From NCBI GenBank assembly GCA_040905465.1, contig JBBDRK010000052.1, positions 25,484-89,483 of the forward strand: DNA of 64,000 nucleotides, written 5' to 3'. Both the position numbers and the translations under genes were made by a program. Below the pieces are notes generated by a model. It did not search any database, had not been told where the DNA came from, and saw only the letters and a list, made by a program, of their open reading frames with translations. Positions 28,493-41,729 of the stretch are shown one piece after another. The DNA is from Trueperaceae bacterium (GTDB lineage: Bacteria; Deinococcota; Deinococci; Deinococcales; Trueperaceae). Position 1 is the stretch's first letter. Every line of letters starts with the position of its first letter.

Positions 28493-29314
28493 TCAGCGCC
28501 CTGCTGCCCGCTTCATCGCCGATGGATCGTCGGCAATGATACCGCTCGCTCCGAGGCTCACCAGCCGCCGAACCTCGTCGGCGTCGTTCACTGTCCAGGC
28601 GTTCACCAGCAGTTCCCGGGCCCCTGCCCGGGCGATCAGGCGCTCGTCGACCTGATCGAAGCGCGGATGCACCGCGTCGACATGCAGCCAGCCGGCCAGC
28701 ATTCCGTTCTCGAGCAGGCCGGGCAGTCCCGGGGAGTACAACAGGGCGATGCGGAACTCCGGGGCGGCCAGACGCAGTCTCACGAGCGCCAATGGATCGA
28801 ACGACGACACCAGCACTCGGTCGGTCAGGTCGTTAGCACGTACCTCCTCGGCCAGGCGGCGTTCGATTCCGCCGCCGCGCCGCCGGTACAGCTTCAGCTC
28901 CAGATTCAGGACGGTTCCCGGGTAGCTCTTGGCCAGTTCCAGCAGGTCGGCCAATCTGGCGATAGCGGGATCGATCTCCTGCAGCTCCGCCAGCGTGCTG
29001 CGCGTGATGGCCGCGTCGGCGAGGCGCTCGTCGTGAAACAGCACCAGCACGCCGTCACGGGTCTGCTGCACGTCGCACTCGACACCATCGAGGCCCGCCT
29101 CGAAGGCAGCCCGGAACGCCTCGCGCGTGTTCTCCGGTGGCAGTGCGGCTGAGCCGGTGGACGGGCCGGTTGCACGGACGCCGCGATGGCCGAGCAGCCA
29201 GGGCTTCTGCCGGTCCACGCCGGGAAGGGGTCGCGGGCGCCACAAGGCGGTACGCCAGGCCGTCACGACCAGAACAGCCAACAACAGGAACAACGGAACG
29301 GCAGAATCGCTCAC
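28493..29314 (-). CDS. Glycerophosphodiester phosphodiesterase with N-terminal TM
   Basis: GHRG, PENT, ECDVQ.TRDG..VLFHD, NLELK, SSFD, WTVND. Confidence 0.92.
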   Translation of the reverse strand: MSDSAVPLFLLLAVLVVTAWRTALWRPRPLPGVDRQKPWLLGHRGVRATGPSTGSAALPPENTREAFRAAFEAGLDGVECDVQQTRDGVLVLFHDERLADAAITRSTLAELQEIDPAIARLADLLELAKSYPGTVLNLELKLYRRRGGGIERRLAEEVRANDLTDRVLVSSFDPLALVRLRLAAPEFRIALLYSPGLPGLLENGMLAGWLHVDAVHPRFDQVDERLIARAGARELLVNAWTVNDADEVRRLVSLGASGIIADDPSAMKRAAGR

Positions 29315-29492
29315 GCGGCAGAGTATACCGTCCTGCCGCCGCGATCGCGGCTCAAACCAGAAGCCACTCGCTCGCGCTTGACGGGTCGGCAGCAGCCGGT
29401 GGAATAATGCCGGCCATGAGGCGCGAACTCGAAGCAGGTCGACCCGGCTCAGCCGGTTGCGCGCGGGCGCGGAATTTCCCGATCGGTTCGGG

Positions 29493-30203
29493 ATGAGCGG
29501 AGCCCTGGTTACCGGCTCGGCCCGGGGTATCGGTCGCGCACTGGCGCTCGCCCTGGCCGAGGATGCTCACGACGTGGTGGTCCACTACCGCTCCAGCCGA
29601 GACGAAGCGGAGGTCGTCGCCGAGTTGGCGAAGGCGAGCGGGGTGCGCGCCTTCGTCGTGCAGGCCGACGTGAGCGACCCGGAGTCCGCCGCCGAGCTGG
29701 TGGACGAGGCCGAACGGCTGACAGGCGGACTGCGGGTGCTGGTCAACAACGTCGGTAACTATCACAACGGACCGCTCGATGAACTGGCTGTCGAAACCTG
29801 GCACGAGATGTTCGCCAGCAACCTGCACGCCACCTTCTATACGTGTCGCCGGGTGGTGCCGTTCATGCGGGCGGCCGGAGGCGGCAGAATAATCAATCTC
29901 GGTTACGCCGGTGCCGAACAGCTGATCGCCAGACCCGGCATCGCCGCCTACGCCATCGCCAAGACCGGGGTGATCCTCTACAGCAAGTCGCTGGCGAAGG
30001 TGGAGGCGGTACACGGAATAACGGTAAACGTCATCAGTCCCGGTGTAATGGAAAACAGCCTCGCCAAGCCGCGACGAGAGATACCGATGGACCGACTGGG
30101 GCGGCTCGACGAGCTGGTCGCGGCCGCGAGGTACCTGATCTCGGACGAGGCCGGCTATGTTACCGGAGTAACGCTGGAGGTGGCCGGCGGCTGGAACGTA
30201 TAA
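29493..30203 (+). CDS. tmpR: SDR-family dihydropteridine/dihydrofolate reductase (Thermus TmpR-like)
   Basis: ALVTGSARGIG, VHYRSS, LVNNVG, GRIINLGYAGA, YAIAKTGVILY, ENS..KP..EIPM, LEVAGGWN resemble Thermus TmpR as recalled. Confidence 0.78.
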   Translation: MSGALVTGSARGIGRALALALAEDAHDVVVHYRSSRDEAEVVAELAKASGVRAFVVQADVSDPESAAELVDEAERLTGGLRVLVNNVGNYHNGPLDELAVETWHEMFASNLHATFYTCRRVVPFMRAAGGGRIINLGYAGAEQLIARPGIAAYAIAKTGVILYSKSLAKVEAVHGITVNVISPGVMENSLAKPRREIPMDRLGRLDELVAAARYLISDEAGYVTGVTLEVAGGWNV

Positions 30204-30288
30204 CGACGGTCGGCGATACTCCCTCACGGCCGCGCCGACCGCGTTAAGCTGGGCCAATGAGATCGGCCCCACTACCGGTGGCTACCGC

Positions 30289-32826
30289 ATGAGCATGCAG
30301 GACGAACTGTTCCTGGCTGGGCAACCGGCACCGCGGAACGGAAACAAGATCGTCCTGATAGACGGTCACGCCCTGGCATTCCGCAGTTATTACGCGATCC
30401 GCGAGCTGACCACCTCGCGCGGTCGTTCGGTGAACGGCGTCTACGGGTTTCTGCGCTCGCTCCTGCGCATCCTGAACGAGGAGGGCGAGCACGACGCCAC
30501 CGTCGTCACGTTCGATGCGCCCGCCAAGACGTTCCGCCACGAGCAGTACGAGGATTACAAGGCTGGCCGTGCCCCCATGCCTCACGATCTCCCCGAGCAG
30601 ATCGAAACCATCAAGCGGATGGTCGACCTGTTGGGCCTCTACCGCATAGAGGTGGCCGGGCTGGAGGCCGACGACCTGATCGGCACCATCGCCAAGAGTT
30701 GCGAGGCCTCCGGCTACACGGTTGAGATCGTCACCAGCGACCGGGACGCCTATCAACTGGTGAGCGATCACGTGTGCGTGCGCGGCCTGGACAAGACGGA
30801 CCGGTTCGGTCCCCGTGAGGTGCTGGAAAAGTACGGCGTCACCGTCGACCAGTGGACGGACTACCGGGCCTTGACCGGGGACAGCTCGGACAATATCCCC
30901 GGGGCCAAGGGCATCGGCCCGGTGGCTGCCCGAAACCTCCTGCAACGCTACGGCTCGCTCGACTACATCCTCGAAAATCTGGACGATATCGAGCCCGCCG
31001 GTGCAGCCAGGAAGATTAGCGATTCGCTGGCCAACGTTCGCTTCTCTCGGGAGCTCTCGTGCATAGTCACCAACGCCGAGATCTCCATCGAACCGGTCAC
31101 ATGGTCGCAACGGGAGATGCAACGAGACGGCCTGCGCGAGCTGCTGGTGGAGCTCGAGTTCAACTCGCTGCAGCGCGAGCTCGGCCTGGAAGAGACTCCC
31201 GAGTACAGCACCGCCGAGTGGACCGGCGAGCTGCGAGGAGCGCTGGGCTTCGTGCTGTCGGGCGACAGCCCGATGCAGGCCGAGCTGACGGAACTGTCGG
31301 TTGCCCACGAGGGCACCGTCGCATCGGCTCCCGGCAGTGAGGCGGCGGCCGCCTATCTCGCGACGCTGGAGCGAGTCGACGCCTGTGACGCAAAAGCGCT
31401 GGTCGTATGGGCTCACGGCCGCGGCGTCGACATCGAGCCGGGGGACGATCCGCTGCTGATGGCATACGTGGTCGATCCCAACGTCGCTCAACCGGAAACG
31501 GCCGCCGGTCGCTACGGGGCCGGCGACTGGACCGGTTCGGCGGCGGACCGCGCGAGCGTGACGGCAGAACTGCTACGCACCTTGCCGGGCAAGCTGGCGG
31601 GCCCGCAGAAAGCGGTCTACGAGCAGATCGAACGTCCCGTCCAGAGAGTCCTCGCCAACATGGAGGCGCGCGGCGTGATCCTCGACAAGGGCCTCCTGGC
31701 CGCTCAGTCGGATCGGCTGGCGACCCAACTGGCCGAGATCGAAGGGCGCCTGCGCGGCATCGCCGAGGACGACGGCATGAACATCAACTCGCGCGATCAG
31801 GTCGCCGCCCTGCTCTACGAGAAGCTCGGCCTGCAGGCCGGGCGCAAGACCTCTACCGGCAAACGCTCGACCGCCGTGGGCGTGCTCGAGGGCCTGCGCG
31901 ATCAGCACGAGGCGGTAGGTCTCATCCTCGACTACCGGGAGCTGTCCAAACTCAAGAACACCTATCTCGATCCTCTGCCTCGCCTCGTGAACCCCGCCAC
32001 CGGCAGGCTCCACACCACCTACAAGCAGACGGTAGCGGTCACCGGCCGACTGTCGAGCATCAACCCCAATCTTCAGAACATCCCGGTGCGCAGCGAGCTC
32101 GGACGCCAGATCCGGCGGGCTTTCGTTGCGGCGCCGGGCCACAGACTCCTGGCCGCCGACTACTCGCAGATCGAGCTGCGGGTGCTCGCCCATGTCGCCG
32201 GCGAACAGGTGCTGATAGACGCGTTCCGCGAGGGCGAGGACATCCATCGTCGCACCGCCGCCCAGGTACACGAGGTGAGCGTCGAGGACGTCACGTCCGA
32301 CATGCGGCGGGTGGCCAAGGTCATAAACTTCGGCGTTCTCTACGGCATGGGCGCGCACAGGCTGACAAGGGAGCTGGGCATCGACTACGCCCAGGCGGAA
32401 GCGTTCATCCGCACCTACTTCGAGCGGTACCCCAAGGTGCGCAGTTACATCGACGGCACGCTCGAACTCTGCCGCCGGCAGGGTTACGTGGAGACGGTAC
32501 TCGGCCGGCGCCGGCTGATCCCCGACATCGCCGCCAGCAATCGGACCGCCCGCGAGTACGCCGAGCGCACCGCTTACAACATGCCGATCCAGGGCACCGC
32601 CGCCGACATCATGAAGCTCGCCATGGTGAACCTGGCGCCGGCGCTGGAGCCGCTTGGAGCGCACATGATCCTGCAGGTGCACGACGAGCTGATCATCGAG
32701 ACGCCGGCCGAGGTGGCCAGCGAGGCGGCCGCGGTGGTGAAGGCGATCATGGAGTCGGCATATGCGCTCGACGTGCCGCTGCTGGTCGAGGTAGGTGAAG
32801 GTGACAACTGGCTCGACGCCAAGTGA
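30289..32826 (+). CDS. polA: DNA polymerase I (Taq-like)
   Basis: LIDGH.LAFR 5'-exonuclease, EADD, TGRLSS.NPNLQNIP, DYSQIELR, KVINFGVLYG, QVHDEL. Confidence 0.98.
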   Translation: MSMQDELFLAGQPAPRNGNKIVLIDGHALAFRSYYAIRELTTSRGRSVNGVYGFLRSLLRILNEEGEHDATVVTFDAPAKTFRHEQYEDYKAGRAPMPHDLPEQIETIKRMVDLLGLYRIEVAGLEADDLIGTIAKSCEASGYTVEIVTSDRDAYQLVSDHVCVRGLDKTDRFGPREVLEKYGVTVDQWTDYRALTGDSSDNIPGAKGIGPVAARNLLQRYGSLDYILENLDDIEPAGAARKISDSLANVRFSRELSCIVTNAEISIEPVTWSQREMQRDGLRELLVELEFNSLQRELGLEETPEYSTAEWTGELRGALGFVLSGDSPMQAELTELSVAHEGTVASAPGSEAAAAYLATLERVDACDAKALVVWAHGRGVDIEPGDDPLLMAYVVDPNVAQPETAAGRYGAGDWTGSAADRASVTAELLRTLPGKLAGPQKAVYEQIERPVQRVLANMEARGVILDKGLLAAQSDRLATQLAEIEGRLRGIAEDDGMNINSRDQVAALLYEKLGLQAGRKTSTGKRSTAVGVLEGLRDQHEAVGLILDYRELSKLKNTYLDPLPRLVNPATGRLHTTYKQTVAVTGRLSSINPNLQNIPVRSELGRQIRRAFVAAPGHRLLAADYSQIELRVLAHVAGEQVLIDAFREGEDIHRRTAAQVHEVSVEDVTSDMRRVAKVINFGVLYGMGAHRLTRELGIDYAQAEAFIRTYFERYPKVRSYIDGTLELCRRQGYVETVLGRRRLIPDIAASNRTAREYAERTAYNMPIQGTAADIMKLAMVNLAPALEPLGAHMILQVHDELIIETPAEVASEAAAVVKAIMESAYALDVPLLVEVGEGDNWLDAK

Positions 32827-32868
32827 GCGCTCGCCGTCGGGCGTCTTGACGAGGGTAGAATGTCGGCC

Positions 32869-34218
32869 ATGACGACCCGACGCTACTTCGGCACCGATGG
32901 GATTCGCGGTGTTGCCGGTGAACATCCGATGACAGCAACGTTCGCCTACCGCCTTGGGGTCGCGGCGGCCGAGACACTCAAGCGCGCCGGCGTGGCGAAG
33001 CCCCGCCTGACGATCGGCATGGACACCAGGCGTTCGGGCCCGATGCTGGCCCACGCGCTGGTTGCCGGGCTGACCGCCCGTGGCGCGGACGCCCTGTGGC
33101 TGGGAGTCATGCCGACACCCGGCGTTTCGCACCTGACTCACGCCCTGGCCGCCGACGCCGGGGCCGTTGTCAGCGCCTCGCACAATCCCTATCGCGACAA
33201 CGGCATCAAGTTCTTCAACCGGGACGGCGAGAAACTCTCCGACGAACTGGAGGCCGGCATCGAGGCGGTCCTGGCGGAGGACATCGACGCCCTGGTTCCG
33301 GTTACGGGCGAAGAGATCGGGCGCTCGAGCCGCTACCGCCGGGACGACGGCGACTACGGCCGCTTCCTGCTCTCGCACGCGCCCTATCTCGACGGCATGA
33401 AAGTAGGGCTGGACTGCGCGAACGGCGCCGCGTACGACATCGCGCCTCGCGTGTTCACCCAGATCGGCGCTCGTCTCGATGTCATCAACGCCGCTCCCGA
33501 CGGTCAGAACATCAACGTCGGCTGCGGCTCGACCGAACCCGGTGCCCTGCAGGAGCGGGTACGAAGCCACGGGCTCGACGTGGGCGTGGCGTTCGACGGC
33601 GACGCCGACAGGGCGATGCTGGTGGACAAACGCGGCCGGCTCGTTACCGGCGACCAGGTGCTGGCCATCTGCGCGGTAGTGCGGGGAGAGAAGGAGGTAG
33701 TTGCTACCACCATGACCAACCTGGGCGTGGAGCGCTACCTGGAAGGCCGGGGGATCGTCCTTCACCGGGAGCAGGTGGGTGACCGCTACGTCTTCGAGGG
33801 ATTGAAGAGGCGTAGCCTCACGGTCGGCGGCGAGCAGTCCGGGCACATGCTCTTCCTGGACAAGGCGCCGACCGGTGACGGCATTCTCACCGCCCTTCAG
33901 ATGCTGGCCGCGGTGAGAAAGTCGCGCCGCTCGCTGGAGAGCTGGATGGACGAGATCCCTGTCTTCCCGCAGACGATACGCAACGTTCCCGTCCCGGTGG
34001 CGCAAAAGAACACCGTGGGTACGTCACCGTCCGTCCAGCGCGCGGTACGTGACGCCGAGGCGAAGCTCGCCGGCAACGGTCGTATCAACGTCCGGCCGAG
34101 CGGCACCGAGCCGTTGGTGCGAATAATGGTGGAGGGCCCGACCGTCGAAGAGATCTCCGCCGTGGCCGAAATCGTAGCCGGCGAGATCGAAGCCGCGTTG
34201 ACCGGCCAGCCGTCGTGA
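32869..34218 (+). CDS. glmM: Phosphoglucosamine mutase
   Basis: YFGTDGIRG, SASHNP, FDGDADR, GGEQSGH, RPSGTEP. Confidence 0.96.
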   Translation: MTTRRYFGTDGIRGVAGEHPMTATFAYRLGVAAAETLKRAGVAKPRLTIGMDTRRSGPMLAHALVAGLTARGADALWLGVMPTPGVSHLTHALAADAGAVVSASHNPYRDNGIKFFNRDGEKLSDELEAGIEAVLAEDIDALVPVTGEEIGRSSRYRRDDGDYGRFLLSHAPYLDGMKVGLDCANGAAYDIAPRVFTQIGARLDVINAAPDGQNINVGCGSTEPGALQERVRSHGLDVGVAFDGDADRAMLVDKRGRLVTGDQVLAICAVVRGEKEVVATTMTNLGVERYLEGRGIVLHREQVGDRYVFEGLKRRSLTVGGEQSGHMLFLDKAPTGDGILTALQMLAAVRKSRRSLESWMDEIPVFPQTIRNVPVPVAQKNTVGTSPSVQRAVRDAEAKLAGNGRINVRPSGTEPLVRIMVEGPTVEEISAVAEIVAGEIEAALTGQPS

Positions 34219-34273
34219 GCGCTCCTCGTCGAACTCGCGGCGCCGACGGCTGGAGAGGGCCGGGAGGTAGAGA

Positions 34274-34474
34274 GTGGCAGACGTGAGAGCGCGCGAGCGA
34301 GTCTCTTTAGCCGGCTACGCTCTCGGTGTAGGGCTGGCTTTCGTTCCCCTGATCGGCATACCGATCAGGTTCATGCTCCCGGAAACGCCGGCGTTGCTGA
34401 GCTACTCCGGTGCGCTCGCGCTCGGCCTGCTGACCGGCGCACTGGTTGGCTGGCGACGAGGCATGCGCGCCTGA
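34274..34474 (+). CDS. Small two-TM membrane protein
   Basis: SD GGAGG before the GTG; two hydrophobic helices and a basic tail. Confidence 0.6.
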   Translation: MADVRARERVSLAGYALGVGLAFVPLIGIPIRFMLPETPALLSYSGALALGLLTGALVGWRRGMRA

Positions 34475-34579
34475 GGGCCGGCACCGCCCCTTCCGGAATG
34501 GGCAATGCTCCTGGCCAACACATTCGGGCGGTGCTCGGTCTGATAAAAATAAGGGGAGTGAACACGGCAGGAGGGGACG

Positions 34580-34876
34580 ATGAATGGTCCGGCACAACTG
34601 GCCGACTTCACCGGCACTGGGGCGCTGAAGCCTGAGCTTACCGACGGCGGGGAGACGGTCCTGACTGGACTGTGGCAGGCGGACGAGCCCGAACACGCCT
34701 ACGACGAACTGCACCGGCTGTATATGGCGCGTGAGCGTATTCCTTTCCGGGGCCCCGTGGGCGCGATCAGTCATGGAGGACCGAACGAGGAGTCGCTCGA
34801 CGTGATCATCCTCGAGTGGTCCAACGAGGAGCACCCCGCGGCGCTGAAGCTGCAGGGAGCGTCGGAAGAGTTCTGA
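34580..34876 (+). CDS. Hypothetical acidic protein (98 aa) heading the tre operon
   Basis: Strong SD GGAGGGG and codon usage like neighbouring genes; no recognisable motif. Confidence 0.65.
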   Translation: MNGPAQLADFTGTGALKPELTDGGETVLTGLWQADEPEHAYDELHRLYMARERIPFRGPVGAISHGGPNEESLDVIILEWSNEEHPAALKLQGASEEF

Positions 34877-36656
34877 GACCGCCGGGCAGAGGGAGTCCGG
34901 CCGAGCCTTCGCTCGGCGCCATCCCCGGCCCCGAAGGGGTGACCTTTCGCGTGTGGGCGCCGGCGGCCTCTCGCGTCGAACTCGTATTCGACGGCGGAGG
35001 GCCCGTGTCCGCGCTCGCGACCGAACGCGGCGGGTACCACTCGACGTTCGTTCGGGAGGCCGGCTCAGGAAGCCGCTACCGATACCGGCTCGATGGCGGG
35101 CCCGAGTTGCCGGACCCGGCGTCGCGCTTCCAACCGGAGGGGGTGCACGGACCGTCGCAAGTCGTGGACCCAGGGGCATACCGCTGGCGCCACGAGCGCC
35201 CTGACGACGCGTGGGCAGACCCGGTCGTCTACGAGTTGCACGTGGGGACCTTCAGCTCCGCCGGTACCTTCGCCGCAACCGGCGACAAACTCGCCTACCT
35301 GGCGGACTTGGGAGTCGACACCATCGAACTGATGCCGCTGGGGGACTTCCCCGGCCGCTGGAACTGGGGTTACGATCCCGGGGCCAGCTTCGCGCCGGCG
35401 CGCGTATATGGCGAGCCTGACGACCTGCGCAGGCTGATCGACCATGCCCACGGCCTGAAGCTCAGGGTCGTTCTCGACGTGGTCTATAACCACTTCGGTC
35501 CCGACGGCGCCTACTTGCCGGCATTCAGCCAGCACGTTCTCACCTCGCGTCACGCTACCCCCTGGGGTCAGGCGGTTGACTTCGACGGCCCCGAGTCCGA
35601 AGGGGTGCGCCGCTATTTCCTGGAGAACGCCCTCATGTGGCTGCGCGAGTACCGGTTCGACGGTCTTCGGCTCGACGCCACGTTCGCCATCATCGACGAC
35701 GGTCCGACCCATCTGCTGGCCGAACTCTCCGAGTCGGTCTCGCGGCTCGGCGGACCCAAGCGGCTTTTGATCGCCGAGGACCCGCGTAACCAGCGCAACG
35801 TCGTGCTGCCAAGGGAGCAGGGCGGGCTGGGCCTCGACGCCGTCTGGGCCGACGACTTCCATCACTCGCTGCGCGTCCGCCTGGCAGGCGAAGGGCGCGG
35901 CTACTACCGCGATTTCAGCGGAAGCAGTGCCGACCTCGCTCGAACGTTGCTGGGAAACTGGTTCTACCGCGGCCACCACTCGACCGCTCGGGGTGCCCCT
36001 CGCGGCACTCCGGCGAGCGATCTCCCGCCCGACCGGTTCGTGTACTGCATCGAGAACCACGATCAGGTTGGCAATCGGCCGGACGGGAGCCGGTTGAACC
36101 GAGACATCCCGGAAGCGGCTTACCGGGCGGCGAGCGCCCTGCTTCTCTTCCTGCCGCAACTGCCGATGCTGTTCATGGGTCAGGAGTGGGGAGCGGGCAC
36201 GCCGTTCCTGTACTTCACGGATCACGAGGGGGAGTTGGGCCGGCAAGTGAGCGCCGGCCGTCGACGCGAGTTCGAGTACTTCTCCTCAGGCACGGAAGCA
36301 CCCGATCCGCAAGACGAGTCGACGTTCCTGCGCAGCAAGCTCGACTGGTCGGAACCGGAACGCGAGCCTCACGCTGCGACCCTGCGACTCTACCGCGACC
36401 TGCTGAAACTGCGGCGGGGCCTGAGCGGACCGGTGACGATAAGCGAGGTAAACGACGGGGGTTTGTCGGTGCGCCGGTCCGACCGGCTGCTGCTCCTCGC
36501 CCTCGAGCCGAACGTGGAACTGACGCTACCGGCCGGAGCGCGCCTGCTCTGGAGCAGCGAGGTCGCCGACTACGCGGCCGCGCCGGAGCCTCCCATCGTT
36601 CATGAGGGGCACGTGCGGTTTCCGTCGCAGGGGGCGCTGATCGCCGAGGTGCCGGC

Positions 36657-36660
<4 letters not shown>
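34816..36660 (+). CDS. treZ: Malto-oligosyltrehalose trehalohydrolase
   Basis: FRVWAP, PDPASRFQPEGVHG, YELHVG, WNWGYD, DVVYNHFGP, RLDAT, NHDQVGNR. Start uncertain (GTG 34816, CTG 34873 or GTG 34939). Confidence 0.93.
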
Positions 36661-39557
<2,897 letters not shown>

Positions 39558-39590
39558 TCGGCAGGGCAGCGCAAGACGGGAGGGGCAGCA

Positions 39591-41708
39591 ATGACTGAAA
39601 TGTGGCCAGGCGAGCCATATCCGCTCGGAGCAACCTGGAACGGGCAGGGCACCAACTTTGCGCTGGCTTCGGAAACCGCCAGCGGCGTGGAGTTGTGTCT
39701 TTTCGACGACGACGATCCGACGCGAGAGGTGGCGCGCCTGAAGATGACGGAGCGCACCGACTTCGTCTGGCACGCGCATCTTCCGAACGTGGGTCCCGGT
39801 CAGCTCTACGGCTACCGCGTAAGCGGGCCTTACCAGCCGGAGGAAGGGTTGCGCTTCAACCGCCACAAGCTGCTGCTCGACCCTTACGCCAAGGCGATAG
39901 ACGGGACGGTCCGCTGGAACGACGCCAACTTCGGCTACCGCCTGGGCGCCAAGGAGGCCGACCTCGCCTTCGACGAGCGCGACAACGCCCGGTTCATGCC
40001 GAAATGCGTGGTCGTGGACGAGTCGTTCGACTGGGAGGGCGACGAGCGTCCGGAAATCGCGCTTCACAGCTCGATAATCTACGAAGCCCACATCCGCGGG
40101 ATGACCATGCGCCATCCGGAAGTGCCCGAGTCGCTGCGCGGCAGCTACGCCGGCATGGCCACCCCGGCCATAATCGGCTACCTGAAGGAGTTGGGCGTGA
40201 GCGCCGTGGAGTTGTTGCCGGTACACCAGTTCGTCAGCGACAAGGTCCTGGAGGACCGCGGACTCAGCAACTATTGGGGCTATAACACGATTGGCTTCTT
40301 CGCTCCCGATGCCCGCTACAGCTCGTCGGGCTCGCGCGGCGCTCAGGTGCGCGAGTTCAAGGAGCTGGTCAAGGCGTATCACCGTGAGGGCATCGAGGTT
40401 ATCCTCGACGTTGTCTACAACCACACGGCCGAAGGGAGCGAACTGGGCCCCACACTGTCGTTCCGGGGGATCGACAATCCCATGTATTACCGGCTGGTCG
40501 ACGACCAGCCTCGCTACTATATGGACTACACCGGCACCGGCAACACGATGCACGTCGGCAACCCGCGGGTTCTGCAGCTGGTCATGGACAGCCTTCGTTA
40601 CTGGGTGAGCGAGATGCACGTCGACGGTTTCCGTTTCGATCTGGCCGCCGCGCTGGCGCGCGAGCTGCACGATGTCGACCGGCTGTCGACTTTCTTCGAC
40701 ACGATAGGCCAGGATCCGGTCGTGGCGCAGGTGAAGCTGATCGCCGAACCGTGGGATGTGGGACCCGGCGGCTATCAGGTCGGCAACTTCCCGCCCGGCT
40801 GGGCAGAGTGGAACGGGCGGTTCCGCGACGCGGTACGCGCTTTCTGGCGAGGCGATCCGGTTGGAGTGGCGGAGCTTGCCTATCGCCTCTCAGGCTCATC
40901 CGACCTGTACGAGGACACCGGCCGTCGCCCCTACGCCTCGATAAACTTCGTGACCGCACACGACGGATTCACCCTCAACGACCTGGTCTCCTACCAGGAG
41001 AAGCGGAACGAGGCCAACGGCGAGGGGAACCGGGACGGCGAAGAGCACAACCTGTCCTGGAATTGCGGGATAGAGGGTCCGACCGACGATCCCGACGTGC
41101 TGGCGGTGCGCGAGAAGCAGAAACGCAACCTGCTTGCCACACTCCTGCTGTCACAGGGCGTACCCATGGTTTCGGGAGGAGACGAGCAGGGCCGCAGCCA
41201 GGGCGGAAACAACAATGCCTACTGCCAGGACAACGAGATCTCCTGGTTCGACTGGCAACTCGGGGAGTCGGACCAGGGTCTGCTCGATTTCACCCGCAAG
41301 CTGATAAGGCTGCGGCACGAGCACCCGGTACTGCGACGCCGCAAGTACTTTCTGGGACGGCGCGTGTCCGGCTCCGACGTCGACGACATCTCCTTCCTGC
41401 AACCGAGCGGTGCACCGATGAGCGACGAGACCTGGGAGCTGGGCTGGATTCGCACCCTGGGAATGCTGCTCGACGGTAGAGCGATCTCCGAAACCGACGA
41501 GCGCGGCCAACCGATCGAGGACGACGTCCTGCTGTTGTTGATAAACGGCGACTCGCGCGAACAACCGTTCACACTGCCGGAAGTGGGCGGAGTGCGCAAG
41601 TGGCAGGTACTGATCGACACCAATGCTCCCACCGCCGAACCGACAGCGGTCCCGGACGAGCACTTTCTCCTCGTACCACGGACTTTGGCACTGTTGCGGC
41701 TTGTCTAG
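39591..41708 (+). CDS. glgX: Glycogen debranching enzyme / isoamylase (GlgX/TreX)
   Basis: [55 protein letters not shown]. Confidence 0.97.
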   Translation: MTEMWPGEPYPLGATWNGQGTNFALASETASGVELCLFDDDDPTREVARLKMTERTDFVWHAHLPNVGPGQLYGYRVSGPYQPEEGLRFNRHKLLLDPYAKAIDGTVRWNDANFGYRLGAKEADLAFDERDNARFMPKCVVVDESFDWEGDERPEIALHSSIIYEAHIRGMTMRHPEVPESLRGSYAGMATPAIIGYLKELGVSAVELLPVHQFVSDKVLEDRGLSNYWGYNTIGFFAPDARYSSSGSRGAQVREFKELVKAYHREGIEVILDVVYNHTAEGSELGPTLSFRGIDNPMYYRLVDDQPRYYMDYTGTGNTMHVGNPRVLQLVMDSLRYWVSEMHVDGFRFDLAAALARELHDVDRLSTFFDTIGQDPVVAQVKLIAEPWDVGPGGYQVGNFPPGWAEWNGRFRDAVRAFWRGDPVGVAELAYRLSGSSDLYEDTGRRPYASINFVTAHDGFTLNDLVSYQEKRNEANGEGNRDGEEHNLSWNCGIEGPTDDPDVLAVREKQKRNLLATLLLSQGVPMVSGGDEQGRSQGGNNNAYCQDNEISWFDWQLGESDQGLLDFTRKLIRLRHEHPVLRRRKYFLGRRVSGSDVDDISFLQPSGAPMSDETWELGWIRTLGMLLDGRAISETDERGQPIEDDVLLLLINGDSREQPFTLPEVGGVRKWQVLIDTNAPTAEPTAVPDEHFLLVPRTLALLRLV

Positions 41709-41729
41709 GCAGGTTCGGGTGGCGCAGAA

